A DNA stretch of 64,000 nt from a virus (IMGVR_UViG_3300035696_000013:1-64000); one strand, 5' to 3'; shown: positions 31,799 through 42,714, counted from the first letter of the stretch. A program made the numbers and translations. The notes: generated by a model not told the origin, from the letters alone.

Positions 31799-33205
31799 TT
31801 ACCTTGGATAATACAACAGTGTACTTGTGCGTTCCACTTGAAAAACAAAATTGAAAGTCCATTGGAATGGATTGTTTGCATCCTGTACCCAAGCTAGTGT
31901 TTTAAAGTAGCCTTGATAATTGCTGCCTTCGAGTTTCATAACAACAGAACCGCGTGTCATTACATCGTTGTTCCGAGCATTTGCCTGAGCCGTGGAAGCT
32001 CCTACCACCGGGGACCAAGCTGATGGTCCTGTTTGGTTATTTCCTACTAACGAACTATTGTAGTTCTGATTGTAAAACCAAACGGTTGCATTGTTCTTAA
32101 AGAGCAAAACAAATTCTACAAATGCATCCTGTGCAGCCACACGGAATGAACTAGGAAGTTGATTGGTTTGATTCTGCACCGTTTGAGTAAAAACACTAGG
32201 ACTTGTGTCAAGGACATTACCCGCTGCGTCAAAGGTGGGCTGAGAGACATCTGTATTAGACGTATGCTGAAAACCACTGGTCACTAAATCGATTAAATCT
32301 TGAGTAACCCCCGATACACTCATAAAATCCGTGATTCCTAACTGATTCATCATGACCCCGGTGGTACCTTGTCCAGTAATCAAATCAGCTTGCATTCCCC
32401 ACAGGGTAAGATGAAAACCAGTTCGGGAAGTTGTCTTGAAATAGATATGCTTCATAGCAATGTTGAAGTTCTTGAGCGAAGCTTCAAGTTGCAATTCTAT
32501 TGGTATACCGGATCTTCCTTCAGTTGACAATAGGAAGGGTCCTCGATTGTCGTTCAAGATAACATTGAATGCAACAGGAGTTATCTTGCTACGAGCCGGA
32601 CGATTGCCGACAACTAATCCTTGATCTTCAAACCAAGGCTGTTCATTCAGTCCTTGAAGAATGACAACATCAGGAGCTAGAGCAGAATATTGCGCGTTGC
32701 TAATGTCCTGATTATCCAAAGGCTGAACAGAGGCATCGGGTCTGCTAAGAGGATCTTGGATTGCCGTGTTAGAACCACTGACAGCAGGATTTGGCTGAGT
32801 TGAATTAACAGGTAACTGACCTCCCTGTATTTGCGCCACAGTATCAGCAACAGTTGTATCCGGCGTTACTCCCAGAGTCTTTGAAACATTGTTAGCCCAA
32901 TTTGGATCGCTGTTAGCATAGTGTGCTCCCACTTCGGACCAAGTCATACTCGGATTGTACAAAGTGTTCGATCCACCCGTTGTAATCAAGCCTACTTGAT
33001 GTTGAAGAGCCGCCCAACCAGCATCAGCCGAAGGAAAGATTATAACTCCCCGGCTATCTGTAGTGAAATTCGAGGCGGAACTAGGAGTTGGTTTTATGTC
33101 CCCTGGATTGTTATTGACTGTAGGAGCCGCATTAGGCACACCGTAACCTTCTGCTACAGCAATGGCATTTGAAATTGTGAGAATTGCATCCTGTTGGTCA
33201 GGCAT
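31799..33205 (-). CDS. Tail protein with N-terminal lysozyme-like domain
   Basis: 'AIAVAEGY...NNNPGDIK...FPSADAGWAAL...YA.SDPNWANNVSK' virion muramidase-like motif, followed by a tube-like domain. Confidence 0.6.
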   Translation of the reverse strand: MPDQQDAILTISNAIAVAEGYGVPNAAPTVNNNPGDIKPTPSSASNFTTDSRGVIIFPSADAGWAALQHQVGLITTGGSNTLYNPSMTWSEVGAHYANSDPNWANNVSKTLGVTPDTTVADTVAQIQGGQLPVNSTQPNPAVSGSNTAIQDPLSRPDASVQPLDNQDISNAQYSALAPDVVILQGLNEQPWFEDQGLVVGNRPARSKITPVAFNVILNDNRGPFLLSTEGRSGIPIELQLEASLKNFNIAMKHIYFKTTSRTGFHLTLWGMQADLITGQGTTGVMMNQLGITDFMSVSGVTQDLIDLVTSGFQHTSNTDVSQPTFDAAGNVLDTSPSVFTQTVQNQTNQLPSSFRVAAQDAFVEFVLLFKNNATVWFYNQNYNSSLVGNNQTGPSAWSPVVGASTAQANARNNDVMTRGSVVMKLEGSNYQGYFKTLAWVQDANNPFQWTFNFVFQVERTSTLLYYPR

Positions 33206-33208
33206 ATC

Positions 33209-36200
33209 TTATCTCTCCTGTCCAACTGAACTTGTAACCGTTCGACCGTCTAATGTAGTAATTGCGGGTCGTCCTTCACCAGGAGCTTGATTTGTCGCTG
33301 CTGGCGGAATTGCTTGCGAGCTAATGTGAGCACCAATATTTGTGGTATTCACATTTGTAATGGTTGTAGAACCAGGAAATTGCTTAGCACTTGCCAGTAA
33401 ATCTTCACCCGACATACTAAAATTCTTTATGGCATCAGAAGCATCCCCTTGAGTTTCTGCTGCTTTAGCCATATTTACAAATGCCATATCAGCTGCCTTT
33501 GCAAGTACTGGAGCATTGGCTAGAATACTATCAGCATTTATAACTTCCTCTTTTGTGGTTATGCCTTGAACACTAGTAGCACGTCGTTGAGTTTCTACCA
33601 ACTCATTCATGGTGTAGCCCAACCCCGTTTGACGATTTATTTCTTGAGTTTTCTCCATCTGCAATTTATTGTATTGAGCTGGATCTGTATCCTTCATGGT
33701 AGGATTATCATCCAACTGTCGCTGTATATCTCGCAAACGATTCTTTGACTCGTCTTTCAATTCGTCTATGTGCTGCGTTAATTTATCAAAAGCATCACCT
33801 TGATACTCTTGACGAACTCGTTCTGTTTCGGTACCAGAAATTCTGTTGCCAAATCTTTGACTCAAAAAGTCATAAATGGCTCCCAATGGAGCCGAAATTG
33901 TGTTGAAGAGATTATCAAAAGCATCAGCAAAAATCTCAGCTAACGGACGAGTTGCTGTAGCAACATCCTCAGCTTTTCGATCTTGATCCTGTCTATCTTG
34001 AATGCTGAGTTGATCTCGAGCGACTTCGTCAGCACCAGTTTCTGTCTTCAAAATATCTTCAAGAATATCTTCTGATCCTGCCAGACGAGCCGTTAATTTA
34101 TCAAATAATTTTGGCTGCTCTTTAAACAACTTCTGAATACGAGCACGATCTGTTTGTGCTCCACGCATTGCTTCGGGAGCACCTTGAATACCCGCTGCTA
34201 GAGTCACCAATCGGGAATAAGTTTTATCGTCTTTCAATGCTCCTGTAGCAGCCATTCCTGTGGTGGCTTGAGCTTGAGCTTGGAATACACGTTGCAGCTT
34301 TTGGAAAACCATCGGATCTGATTGCAATAATTCAGTGATCTTTACGAGAGCGGGATTTGTTAGGTCAACTTTACCTGTTGCTAATTGACCAACCGTTCCA
34401 GCCCCAGCAAGTTTTAAACTGTCTCGAATGAATTGAAATTGTTCAAAAGTGCTTTGTGTAAGATTACGACCCAATGTGGCTTGTCCTGCAGCATAAGCAA
34501 GACCTGCTTCTCCAAAGCGGCCTTGCCCAGCAAGAGATTGTACTCTCTTAGCAGCATCCAATCGAGCCATTTCTTGATCCAACTGATTTAATGCGCCAAG
34601 TGCTGCCTGACGTTCAACAGGAGTTCCATTTTGTGTACGAGCTAAATGAGCACGAGCGGCTGCGATGTCTTCACGATTATTTATAGTGCCTAAATCCAAT
34701 CCTTGAATAGCACTAAATGCTTCTTGAGCACGTTGTTTTGCTATACCAACATTCTGTTGCTGTAGTTCAACCTGCTCTCCACCACGACCTTGCTGAGCGG
34801 CTCTCATTCCGAGGAAAGTCTGAATTTCAAAACTGCGCTTTTGCCCTGCATTTGTAAGTGCAGAAAGAGCTTCACGAACATCCTCAGAAGATTGTACGCC
34901 TGTACGTCCCAGTACACGCATAATGTTGGTGGTCTGTTCTAGCGATTGGCCCATGCGGTCAAATTGCTTATTGAGTTCATCAATGATGCCGATGTACTTG
35001 GTAGTTGTAATGCCTGCTCGGATTGTATCACGATTGATATGTTGGAAAAAATCTTGAACACCAGTAAAAGATTCATGATACTGCTGAAGAACTTTCATGA
35101 TTTCTTTGGTGGCCGCGCCTTCATCCAAGAAACCAGCTAATTTGGCACCATGATAAGCTATATTCTTCACCATGCCAATTCCAGTTGCTTCTCCCGGTCT
35201 TACTCCAGTAGCAAGTTCAGGAAGATTGACACCGCCTTCTTTGATTGCTTCGGCGATTTTTAAGTTACGTTTGAAGGTTTCTCCTGTTAAGTTGAAACCC
35301 CAATTTTCCGATCCAAGAGCTTTACGAACGCTGAAAAGATTGGTTGCTCCCGAACCTGCTCCGCCAAAGATTCCTGCTTCTCCTAATTGTTCAGCAATAT
35401 CGCGGTTAGCTTTAGCATTGGCATCAATGAATTTCTCAAGCAATTCACCAATAGCAAACATAGGAGCCAGTTGAGCCACTCCTCCCATTACATTGCTCAT
35501 CATTCCTGCTTCGCCACCAGCCGCTAAACCACCAACTCCTTTTATAACCGACCCTTGACCCATTTCCATAGCTCGAGCGAGGAAAGTCGGTTTTGCTCCC
35601 GCAGGAGTCTCCACCATCTGTTTGAGAGCACGCTGGCCTAAATATCGATCCAGTAATCCGCCACCCCCGGCACCTTCTGCTAATTCGCGAGCCATGCCTT
35701 TAAAGTAAGCGGGTTTGAACTGCTTTATACGAACATCTCGTGTTCCGCCCATTAAACCCGCTCGTCGAGCCGAAGCAATGGTGTGAGCTTTCATCATTTC
35801 CATCTTTTGTTGTAATCCTGCTCGACCCTCATCTTTACGAGCCATCCGCAAACGATCAATACGGGAAGCAACTTCTCCATACTTAGCGTATTTCTCGAGC
35901 AATCCTGAACGACCCATTGCTTCATTCATCTGCAGCATTTCTTTAGTGAGAGGCTTAATGTGGACGTTGTTGAACAACTTCCGCATGTTATCAACTTCTT
36001 TGCTTGCTGTACGGAGATTTTTGCTCAACTGATCTATGAGATTGGGATCTATGGAATCTTCCATAGTTCGTCCCATACTGGCCATGTTAGTTTCTAGGTT
36101 CTTAACACCACGGGAGGTATGGTCAATCATACCTTGAATAGCTTTTTGTTCTTGCTTATCGAAGAAGCCTTTCTGAAGCAGTTGCTTTTGAGTATCAACA

Positions 36201-36550
36201 AGCTCTTCTAAATGAGCTTTCAATTCACGATAATTTTTTGCTTTAAAAATTCCTGAATCACCAAATTGACGACTAAGAGCGACTAATCGGGTAAAGGAGT
36301 CTTCATAGTCTTCAGTGTACTGAATAATGCTCTTCAACTTTGTTTGCCATTCAGTCAAATCAGTGCTGATAAGCCGACCTTCTTCAGCAATCTTAGAAAG
36401 AATTTCCACCTGCTTACCCAAATTAGCAAGTGTGTCGGATAACCCCTGATTCACAGCTGCGGGATTAGGCGGAGTTCCTGTTCCTGTCTGACCAAAGGTG
36501 GTAGTACCTTGAGTGGTTACTGGATTATTTCCTTGTGTACCATCTGGCAT
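33209..36550 (-). CDS. Tape measure protein
   Basis: 1113 aa, alpha-helical and Ala/Gln/Gly-rich, located between the chaperones and the baseplate genes. Confidence 0.7.
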   Translation of the reverse strand: MPDGTQGNNPVTTQGTTTFGQTGTGTPPNPAAVNQGLSDTLANLGKQVEILSKIAEEGRLISTDLTEWQTKLKSIIQYTEDYEDSFTRLVALSRQFGDSGIFKAKNYRELKAHLEELVDTQKQLLQKGFFDKQEQKAIQGMIDHTSRGVKNLETNMASMGRTMEDSIDPNLIDQLSKNLRTASKEVDNMRKLFNNVHIKPLTKEMLQMNEAMGRSGLLEKYAKYGEVASRIDRLRMARKDEGRAGLQQKMEMMKAHTIASARRAGLMGGTRDVRIKQFKPAYFKGMARELAEGAGGGGLLDRYLGQRALKQMVETPAGAKPTFLARAMEMGQGSVIKGVGGLAAGGEAGMMSNVMGGVAQLAPMFAIGELLEKFIDANAKANRDIAEQLGEAGIFGGAGSGATNLFSVRKALGSENWGFNLTGETFKRNLKIAEAIKEGGVNLPELATGVRPGEATGIGMVKNIAYHGAKLAGFLDEGAATKEIMKVLQQYHESFTGVQDFFQHINRDTIRAGITTTKYIGIIDELNKQFDRMGQSLEQTTNIMRVLGRTGVQSSEDVREALSALTNAGQKRSFEIQTFLGMRAAQQGRGGEQVELQQQNVGIAKQRAQEAFSAIQGLDLGTINNREDIAAARAHLARTQNGTPVERQAALGALNQLDQEMARLDAAKRVQSLAGQGRFGEAGLAYAAGQATLGRNLTQSTFEQFQFIRDSLKLAGAGTVGQLATGKVDLTNPALVKITELLQSDPMVFQKLQRVFQAQAQATTGMAATGALKDDKTYSRLVTLAAGIQGAPEAMRGAQTDRARIQKLFKEQPKLFDKLTARLAGSEDILEDILKTETGADEVARDQLSIQDRQDQDRKAEDVATATRPLAEIFADAFDNLFNTISAPLGAIYDFLSQRFGNRISGTETERVRQEYQGDAFDKLTQHIDELKDESKNRLRDIQRQLDDNPTMKDTDPAQYNKLQMEKTQEINRQTGLGYTMNELVETQRRATSVQGITTKEEVINADSILANAPVLAKAADMAFVNMAKAAETQGDASDAIKNFSMSGEDLLASAKQFPGSTTITNVNTTNIGAHISSQAIPPAATNQAPGEGRPAITTLDGRTVTSSVGQER

Positions 36551-36554
36551 CTAG

Positions 36555-37190
36555 TTAACTTGTAGTCTCCTTAACCGGGGCTGCAGCTGTTCCTTCAGCT
36601 TCAGGATTATCTTCTATTTTCAAAGCACTTAGATTCTCTTGAATGATTTCTCTGGCCTGTGCTTCAATATCTTGCAGTGCTAAATCAATGAATCGCTTTT
36701 CTACTTCTGTCATCACAGCTGAATCGGGAAAAGCATTCTTCAAACGATCTTCAATGCGTTGACTATGAACCATGAACACTTTCCACATCACATTCATGAC
36801 TTCTAATCCCCAAGTCAAAATGACATTGCGAAGTGCAGGTTGCCACATAGTTTGTTGACCAGTAGTAGGATCAATCACCATTCTTTTTTCAGGTGGCAGG
36901 TTCTTTAGATTAACACCGTCAATCCAAGAGATAGAACGAGACAGCACTTCTGCTTTGACCCGTTGCAACCAAGCGTAACCTTTGACATCATCCAATGCAA
37001 GTAGAGATTCTAGCTCTGCTTCTGTTGGAATATTGGAGATTCTAAGCCGATGCTGTCGACCTCCAGCTTTGATTGTGAGGATTTCTTCGTTCTCTTCGAT
37101 ACCAAATCCACGAAGTCCAGCTATGACTTCGTCTAAAGATTTTGGAGTTTCCTCAATTGGAGAAACTTCTACTTGTTTGTTCTCTTCCAT
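36555..37190 (-). CDS. Putative tail assembly chaperone
   Basis: Immediately upstream of the tape measure gene; 'LSRSISWIDG' pattern. Confidence 0.45.
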   Translation of the reverse strand: MEENKQVEVSPIEETPKSLDEVIAGLRGFGIEENEEILTIKAGGRQHRLRISNIPTEAELESLLALDDVKGYAWLQRVKAEVLSRSISWIDGVNLKNLPPEKRMVIDPTTGQQTMWQPALRNVILTWGLEVMNVMWKVFMVHSQRIEDRLKNAFPDSAVMTEVEKRFIDLALQDIEAQAREIIQENLSALKIEDNPEAEGTAAAPVKETTS

Positions 37191-37238
37191 AAAATGCTCC
37201 TTGTGAATGTAATGCTACAACCGTTGAAACCAAATTCG

Positions 37239-38375
37239 TTATCTGTAACGTTGAATCTTCTTTCCTGGAGATTCAAATACTTCCCGCTCTGCTACAGCTG
37301 GAGGTAATGGACGACCTTTCTTCAGATTTTGTTCACGCTGTTTAACTTCAGCATCTGTGAGGATCTTCATAGATTCAGTAAAGACCCCTGGTCCGCCGCG
37401 TCTCTCTAACATTGTATCGAATTCTCGTTTGCGAGCTTCAGCCGCTTCTTTTTGTTGCTGATAGAATCTCTCCATGAGTTTTTCATGCTTATCAGTGCCT
37501 TCTATCATGCCGCGCATTTCTCGTTGCAAACCTTCTCTAGAGTCATCTTGCATAGAATGACCCCAACCATCTTCTAAATTGATTTCTCTGTCAATACGAA
37601 TCACTTGTTCCCAAGGTTCAGAAGAATCCACCTGCATAGAACGCTGCGCTGCTTTCAATTCGTTACGAACGGGATCTGCATTCTTACCCGCCCAAGGTTG
37701 GATAATCAACAAGGCGTTAAAATTTGCATCCAATCTTAACTTAGAAGCTTCACGATAATTGCACAAAGTAGCCCAAAGTCGAGCATGATCGGGAGGAGTC
37801 AAAATCTTCATGATTTGCCCGTCTGGGAATTTTATCTCCCGATTTTCATAAGAGGCTAACTGTGTACCCCGACTGTACCAAAGGTTTTCAGATGAGGAAG
37901 TGGAAGTATACGCTGAAAGATACGGATAGAGAGACAAATCAAATTCACTCATTTTAGTCACAAGCTGCACTAAACGACGAGTCTCTATTCCTGAAAAATC
38001 TTCAACTTCATCCGGTTTAAAAGTTGTACAAACAGAGAGCACTGCTTTGATGAAATCATTAGTGTCAAATATCCATCGCGATAGCAGTTTTCGTTCAGAA
38101 ATATGAAGTCCTCGAACCCAACCCAGTTGCTTGCCATCTACTATGAGAGGACGAATCCGAGCACCTTGTTCAATAATTTCCTCACAATTTTGAGTGATTT
38201 TGTAACGGACTTCTTTGATTTGATCTGAAGTGGCTTTCTGCGCAAGACCATCGTTTATCTTGCGCATTAGGTCTATGCCTGAGATCCCCAAAGTATTGTT
38301 GCCTCGATTACTATATGGTTTTACTAAACGTGCTCCCGCGCCAAATACTGTTGGGTTTGTTTTATCATTCGGCAT
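37239..38375 (-). CDS. Hypothetical protein (tail assembly region)
   Basis: 378 aa ORF overlapping the upstream gene. Confidence 0.55.
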   Translation of the reverse strand: MPNDKTNPTVFGAGARLVKPYSNRGNNTLGISGIDLMRKINDGLAQKATSDQIKEVRYKITQNCEEIIEQGARIRPLIVDGKQLGWVRGLHISERKLLSRWIFDTNDFIKAVLSVCTTFKPDEVEDFSGIETRRLVQLVTKMSEFDLSLYPYLSAYTSTSSSENLWYSRGTQLASYENREIKFPDGQIMKILTPPDHARLWATLCNYREASKLRLDANFNALLIIQPWAGKNADPVRNELKAAQRSMQVDSSEPWEQVIRIDREINLEDGWGHSMQDDSREGLQREMRGMIEGTDKHEKLMERFYQQQKEAAEARKREFDTMLERRGGPGVFTESMKILTDAEVKQREQNLKKGRPLPPAVAEREVFESPGKKIQRYR

Positions 38376-38874
38376 GGTTTGCAGGTACCTTTACTGCACC
38401 ACGTAGCTTTGAGGCGTCGGCAATTTGGTGACTGATTTCTGTTGCTTCTTTGATTTCTTTTTCAGAGAATCTGCTGGATAAAACTTGTTGAGCTTGCTCA
38501 GCTATTTTATCACGTTCTTCTTCATCTATGTCCAATTGCATCTTGTATTTAGCAGGTTCAGGAGCCTTAAAGAGAGCAGCTGTAGTGAAATTTCTGTTAG
38601 AACGAAGTTGTCCTTTGTAAATTCGAAACACACGAGAAGCGATGGCTGTAGGCAGAGCACTTATTACGCGAGTTGCTTCAGCTAACGATTCAATTTTTAG
38701 GCCGGATACTTCTACCAGAGCGTAAGCTAGATAGATCCTTGTTTGGTCCTTATTTTTAGGAAATTTTATGGCAAATTCTTCTTCCCATTTTAGCCGTTTG
38801 AATCGAAAGACATAATTTAAGAGTTTGACTTCAACTTGCTGTTCCATACACCTTTCGCTAGAAAGCGTAACCAC
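38365..38874 (-). CDS. Putative tail assembly chaperone
   Basis: 169 aa; 'FRFKRLKWEEE...LAYALVEVSG' resembles 36555..37190. The true start may be the internal ATG (MEQQVEV). Confidence 0.45.
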   Translation of the reverse strand: MVTLSSERCMEQQVEVKLLNYVFRFKRLKWEEEFAIKFPKNKDQTRIYLAYALVEVSGLKIESLAEATRVISALPTAIASRVFRIYKGQLRSNRNFTTAALFKAPEPAKYKMQLDIDEEERDKIAEQAQQVLSSRFSEKEIKEATEISHQIADASKLRGAVKVPANHAE

Positions 38875-38905
38875 CAGAGTTCACTATCATTCGGTATTAG
38901 ACAAC

Positions 38906-39181
38906 ATGAGACATGAACTTAAGATTACGCACCAAGACTTTAGCGACATCATCAATCAGATTAAAACTTATATGATCCAAAAGGATCAAGGATTCAAAGT
39001 AAGGGATAAACTTCACCTTCAAGAATGGAATTTTACAGCGGGGCATCCAACAAATCGTCATTGCATCGTCGTAATCACACATATCAGTAAAGGAGAGGGA
39101 GATCTCTATCTCACTAAAGATACAGTAGTAATGGCTATTAGATTGGCGAAATGGGCTTACGACGGCTCAAGACTTAGCTAG
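38906..39181 (+). CDS. Hypothetical protein
   Basis: Start moved to ATG 38906, which has a GGTATT motif 7 nt upstream and avoids overlap with the minus-strand gene. Confidence 0.5.
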   Translation: MRHELKITHQDFSDIINQIKTYMIQKDQGFKVRDKLHLQEWNFTAGHPTNRHCIVVITHISKGEGDLYLTKDTVVMAIRLAKWAYDGSRLS

Positions 39182-39814
39182 TCTTTCGGTTCTTTCAATC
39201 TCTTCCATCATCAGAGCAATTTCCGCTTTCACTTGTTTTGAACATTCTATAGGCGTAAGATGTTCGTAGAGACAAACAAAACGAACAGGCTTCCGTTTAT
39301 AGTTCTGTTTGGCAGCTGCCCAAACATTTGCTGCCCGTTCACGAAAAGCTAGCATATTCTGATAAGTCTTTTCACCAAGAGTAGTCTTACCATTTGCCTC
39401 TCGTCGCTGTACAAGCCGTCTTAGATTCTCTTCCAAGGAAAGATCCAAATAGACATACACGGCAGCAATTTCTCGCGGGTTAGATTGAATCCAATCTACA
39501 TCCCACTTCTTGCTTGAACGTACTGGATCTGTTATCACAAATTGAACTTCTTTTTGATCTAAGAGCCAATTAATGATTTTGGCTCTTGCTTCCATATTTT
39601 GGATGGCATCCGAACTATTTTTGATGTTTCCTGCAATAGCAGAACCATTGGGGAATAGAGTATACTTAGCCTTTTCAATTCGTTGTTCTCCTAAGTGCTG
39701 ATCTAAACATTGAAAAGTCTTAATGTACTCAACTCCTCCAACACCACAAAGTTGCCGTGTAAGAGTAGATTTTCCGGAGGCTCCAGAGCCAAGAATTATG
39801 ATTAAAACTTTCAT
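39167..39814 (-). CDS. P-loop kinase, probable 5-hydroxymethyluridine DNA kinase (5-HMUDK)
   Basis: Walker A 'GSGASGKST', 'SDAI' motif and lid 'RRLVQRR'; clustered with AADT and PLP genes as in known thymidine hypermodification loci. Confidence 0.65.
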   Translation of the reverse strand: MKVLIIILGSGASGKSTLTRQLCGVGGVEYIKTFQCLDQHLGEQRIEKAKYTLFPNGSAIAGNIKNSSDAIQNMEARAKIINWLLDQKEVQFVITDPVRSSKKWDVDWIQSNPREIAAVYVYLDLSLEENLRRLVQRREANGKTTLGEKTYQNMLAFRERAANVWAAAKQNYKRKPVRFVCLYEHLTPIECSKQVKAEIALMMEEIERTERLAKS

Positions 39815-39816
39815 TT

Positions 39817-40607
39817 TTATCTAATACCTAGTTTTTCACGACTAATTGCCTGCAATCTTTTTTGTGCTAAGATTGTGTATTCTGCCCTGTTATCATTCAA
39901 TAAAAAATCGCGTTTTAATTTCAAAGCCGCGACACCAGTAGTGCCACTTCCACAAAAAGGATCTACGATGAGATCGTTAAAATTAGTTGATGCCCGTAAA
40001 CATCGTTCTACTAAAGCCAAAGGTTTCTGAGTAGGATGTTTTCCTTCTAGCTTCTCTCCTTTCCCAGGAGACAGAAATCTCCAAACATTCTTCATCTGTT
40101 TTCCTTCGTTTTCCTGTTTCATATCTTCATAATTGAAAGAATAACTCTCTTTTCCTGGACGAGCCTTAGTAGCCCAAAAAGAGTCTCTGTAGCATGAGTA
40201 AAAGAACGGCAACCAAGATTAGGAGTAGGATTAGGAACTTCCCAAATTATGTCATTCAAAATGCGAAATCCAAATTCCTGCAAAGCTAAACCCACAGCCG
40301 GGCACACATGATACGTTCCGCTTGCCCAAATAGTACCAGTAGGTTTTAAAATACGGTAGCACTCTTTAATCCAAGAACGATGAAATTCATAGTCTATTTT
40401 CCAGCCTTGGCTTTTATCCCAATCTCCTTTATGAACCTTAGCTCTTTTACCTGCCACACAAGTGAATCCACCATTAGATAAGAAATATGGAGGATCTGTC
40501 CAAACACAATCTACACTATTACTCGCGATGCTTTGTAAAAATACCAGAGCATCCAGAGTAAAGATTCTATGAGTAAAATCAATTTCTATCATAAACCAAC
40601 AACCCAA
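39817..40607 (-). pseudogene. Beta-class N6-adenine DNA methyltransferase (DpnB-like), split by a 1-nt frameshift
   Basis: Motif IV 'TDPPY' is in 40119..40607 and 'HPTQKP'/motif I 'DPFCGSGTT' in 39817..40212. One extra T in the T5 run (A5 at 40176-40180 on + strand) restores ...THATETLFWATK...KQMKNVW. Confidence 0.75.
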
Positions 40608-40625
40608 GAATTGTAATGAGAGTTT

Positions 40626-40871
40626 TCACTGTTTCTTAAGCCTTTTGATGATTTCATTGATTTCAGTTAATTGATGCTCTGCATGAGAACGCCACGGATG
40701 TTCGTCGTCAAATACTTGAGTACAAGCGCAAGTTACGACTTCTTTTCCATCAATTCTTTGAATACTAATTGCATCGTGTTCGTGCAATTCAAAGATATTG
40801 AGACCTATCTTAACTCCATTCTCAATACCTCCTAGTGCATCGTGCGAATTTTTCATAGATCGACAACCCAA
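40626..40871 (-). CDS. Hypothetical protein (possible metal-binding CxC...H...H)
   Basis: 81 aa ORF in the operon. Confidence 0.5.
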   Translation of the reverse strand: MGCRSMKNSHDALGGIENGVKIGLNIFELHEHDAISIQRIDGKEVVTCACTQVFDDEHPWRSHAEHQLTEINEIIKRLKKQ

Positions 40872-41488
40872 GGTTTGTGTACTAATTTGTACGATTCATC
40901 TGACATCGAAGCATTGTAACAAACCGTTCCAAACTTAGTCTCATGTCGTCCGTATCCGCCATGAATATGTCCAAAAACATGTATCTTGGGACGAATTCTG
41001 AGAATGGCCATCAGAAGTTCTCCACAACCCAAATGTTCTGTATTTCCAAGAGAAGAAACCTGATCTAAAACTCCTATCGGCGGTCCATGAGTAATCAAAA
41101 CATCTGTATCAGAAGGAATAGCATCCCAAAAAGGACGAATCGCTGTGCTGCCTCGAATATTAAATGCCCAATCGTTAAACCAAGGAGTAACCGGGCTACC
41201 GTAAAACTTTAGACCTTCAACCGTAACACTTGAATTTTCCAGATAGATAATTCCTCGCCCCAAAGCATTAACAGCATCAAATCGACTTCTTTCAAAAAGC
41301 CAATCGTGATTACCAGCAATGACAATCTTATGTTTATGCGGCAAAGAACGCAGCCAATTACCGACATCTTCAATCTGATAAGTTCTACCCATCATTGTTA
41401 AATCTCCTGCATGGATTAAAATATCTCCATCAGGAATGAAGGGACGACCCAAGCCGTGTGTATCAGAGATGAGAACTAATCTTGGCAT
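40853..41488 (-). CDS. Calcineurin-like metallophosphoesterase
   Basis: Motifs SDTH, HAGD, AGNHD, THGPP and FGHIH. Confidence 0.9.
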   Translation of the reverse strand: MPRLVLISDTHGLGRPFIPDGDILIHAGDLTMMGRTYQIEDVGNWLRSLPHKHKIVIAGNHDWLFERSRFDAVNALGRGIIYLENSSVTVEGLKFYGSPVTPWFNDWAFNIRGSTAIRPFWDAIPSDTDVLITHGPPIGVLDQVSSLGNTEHLGCGELLMAILRIRPKIHVFGHIHGGYGRHETKFGTVCYNASMSDESYKLVHKPWVVDL

Positions 41489-41496
41489 ATTGATTT

Positions 41497-42714
41497 CTAA
41501 TACTCGCGAGGACCGTAGTATTTCTCTTGAAAGGCATTCTGAAAAACTGGATCGAATTCTCTCATCATAACAACTTGTCCTGTCTCTCGATAGTGATTTT
41601 GCTTTTCAGGCTTTAAGCCGGGATCGTTAGGGTTATCTTCTAAGCGTAATTGAACAGGTAACACTGCCCGTCGCATCTTCCAAAAGACCGAGAAATCTTC
41701 TTCTGGCCATCGCTGTTCTGCTTTCTTTATGCGTTGATAGAACATGTCGGCATAGACACCAGGATAACGACGATTAGGTCTGTGCCAGCTTTTGTAAGTG
41801 CAGAGTTCCGATTCTAATGTGAAATAAGTCACATCCCAAATGAAGTCTCGACTCTTGAAGCGTTCTTTAGCTTCAGAGAGCAAATTAGCTCCTTCCCTCT
41901 GCAGCCACAGCATCATCTCAGGAGTATATTTGCCTTCAAATCCAGTGTTATTTTCTGGTCCAGTCCAATCTAAATCATCTCGACCTAGAACTTTAGCCAA
42001 TCCATTTCGCAGTGATTTACTTCCCGAAATGTCTTCTAGAAACAAAGAGTTAGGTTCAATGTTGAGCTTGGCAATTCGGAGATACTCCAAGTAACTGAAG
42101 GTAGACATTCGTCCAAAAGAGTAGAAATCCTCTCGTACCTTATCCCACATTTTTTGAAAATTGACTAACGGATCTTCTTCTGTTGCAATTGTGTTAAAGA
42201 ATTCTGTCTGATCATTACCACACAACTCTTTATATTGCAAAACTGATTTTATGAAATCTCGTTTCTGATGTCTACGATCAGTGTCAAATTCCAAGCGTGG
42301 CCATTCTTTATTGTACCAAGCATACAATGCCGGAAGATCAAGCTCAGCGAAATCAGGAAAATGTTTGAAGATAATCCAAGAGGTTAACGGATGTTGTGTA
42401 TTGCCATTGATGAAAATAAACCACAATAGTTGTTCTCTCGACCATCCAAATTCTTTTCGTAAAAAGGGAAAGGTCATATAAGGTAAACTAGCTCCAGCAT
42501 GAATTCTATAACGGAGACAGAATTCGTAGAAACGTAGAAATACCTCACGACGGAATTCAGGCAGACGAAAATCCATTCCCTCTTCGAGATCTTGGATTTC
42601 ATTCAAACCCAGCAATTGACAATAACGACCCGGTGTTGTATGGTCACAGGTAGTTAAAACTTTGTCTAGGCCGATGACTTGTTGCCCGAAAGGGCTGTAA
42701 AAGAGTTTATTCAT
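41497..42714 (-). CDS. Amino acid:DNA transferase (aGPT-Pplase2/AADT family)
   Basis: 'FDTDRRHQK', 'FYSFGRMSTFSYLEYL', 'FTLESELCTYKS...RRYPGVYADM' are characteristic of this HhH-derived family; context with kinase and PLP enzyme. Confidence 0.75.
   Translation of the reverse strand: MNKLFYSPFGQQVIGLDKVLTTCDHTTPGRYCQLLGLNEIQDLEEGMDFRLPEFRREVFLRFYEFCLRYRIHAGASLPYMTFPFLRKEFGWSREQLLWFIFINGNTQHPLTSWIIFKHFPDFAELDLPALYAWYNKEWPRLEFDTDRRHQKRDFIKSVLQYKELCGNDQTEFFNTIATEEDPLVNFQKMWDKVREDFYSFGRMSTFSYLEYLRIAKLNIEPNSLFLEDISGSKSLRNGLAKVLGRDDLDWTGPENNTGFEGKYTPEMMLWLQREGANLLSEAKERFKSRDFIWDVTYFTLESELCTYKSWHRPNRRYPGVYADMFYQRIKKAEQRWPEEDFSVFWKMRRAVLPVQLRLEDNPNDPGLKPEKQNHYRETGQVVMMREFDPVFQNAFQEKYYGPREY

Noticed and set aside
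1053-35474. Many short plus-strand ORFs opposite the structural genes
   Set aside because: These are shadow frames of long minus-strand genes with no SD or motifs.
36555-38874. Programmed frameshift in the tail chaperone genes
   Set aside because: These are three separate ORFs with their own starts, and no slippery site linking the frames was identified.
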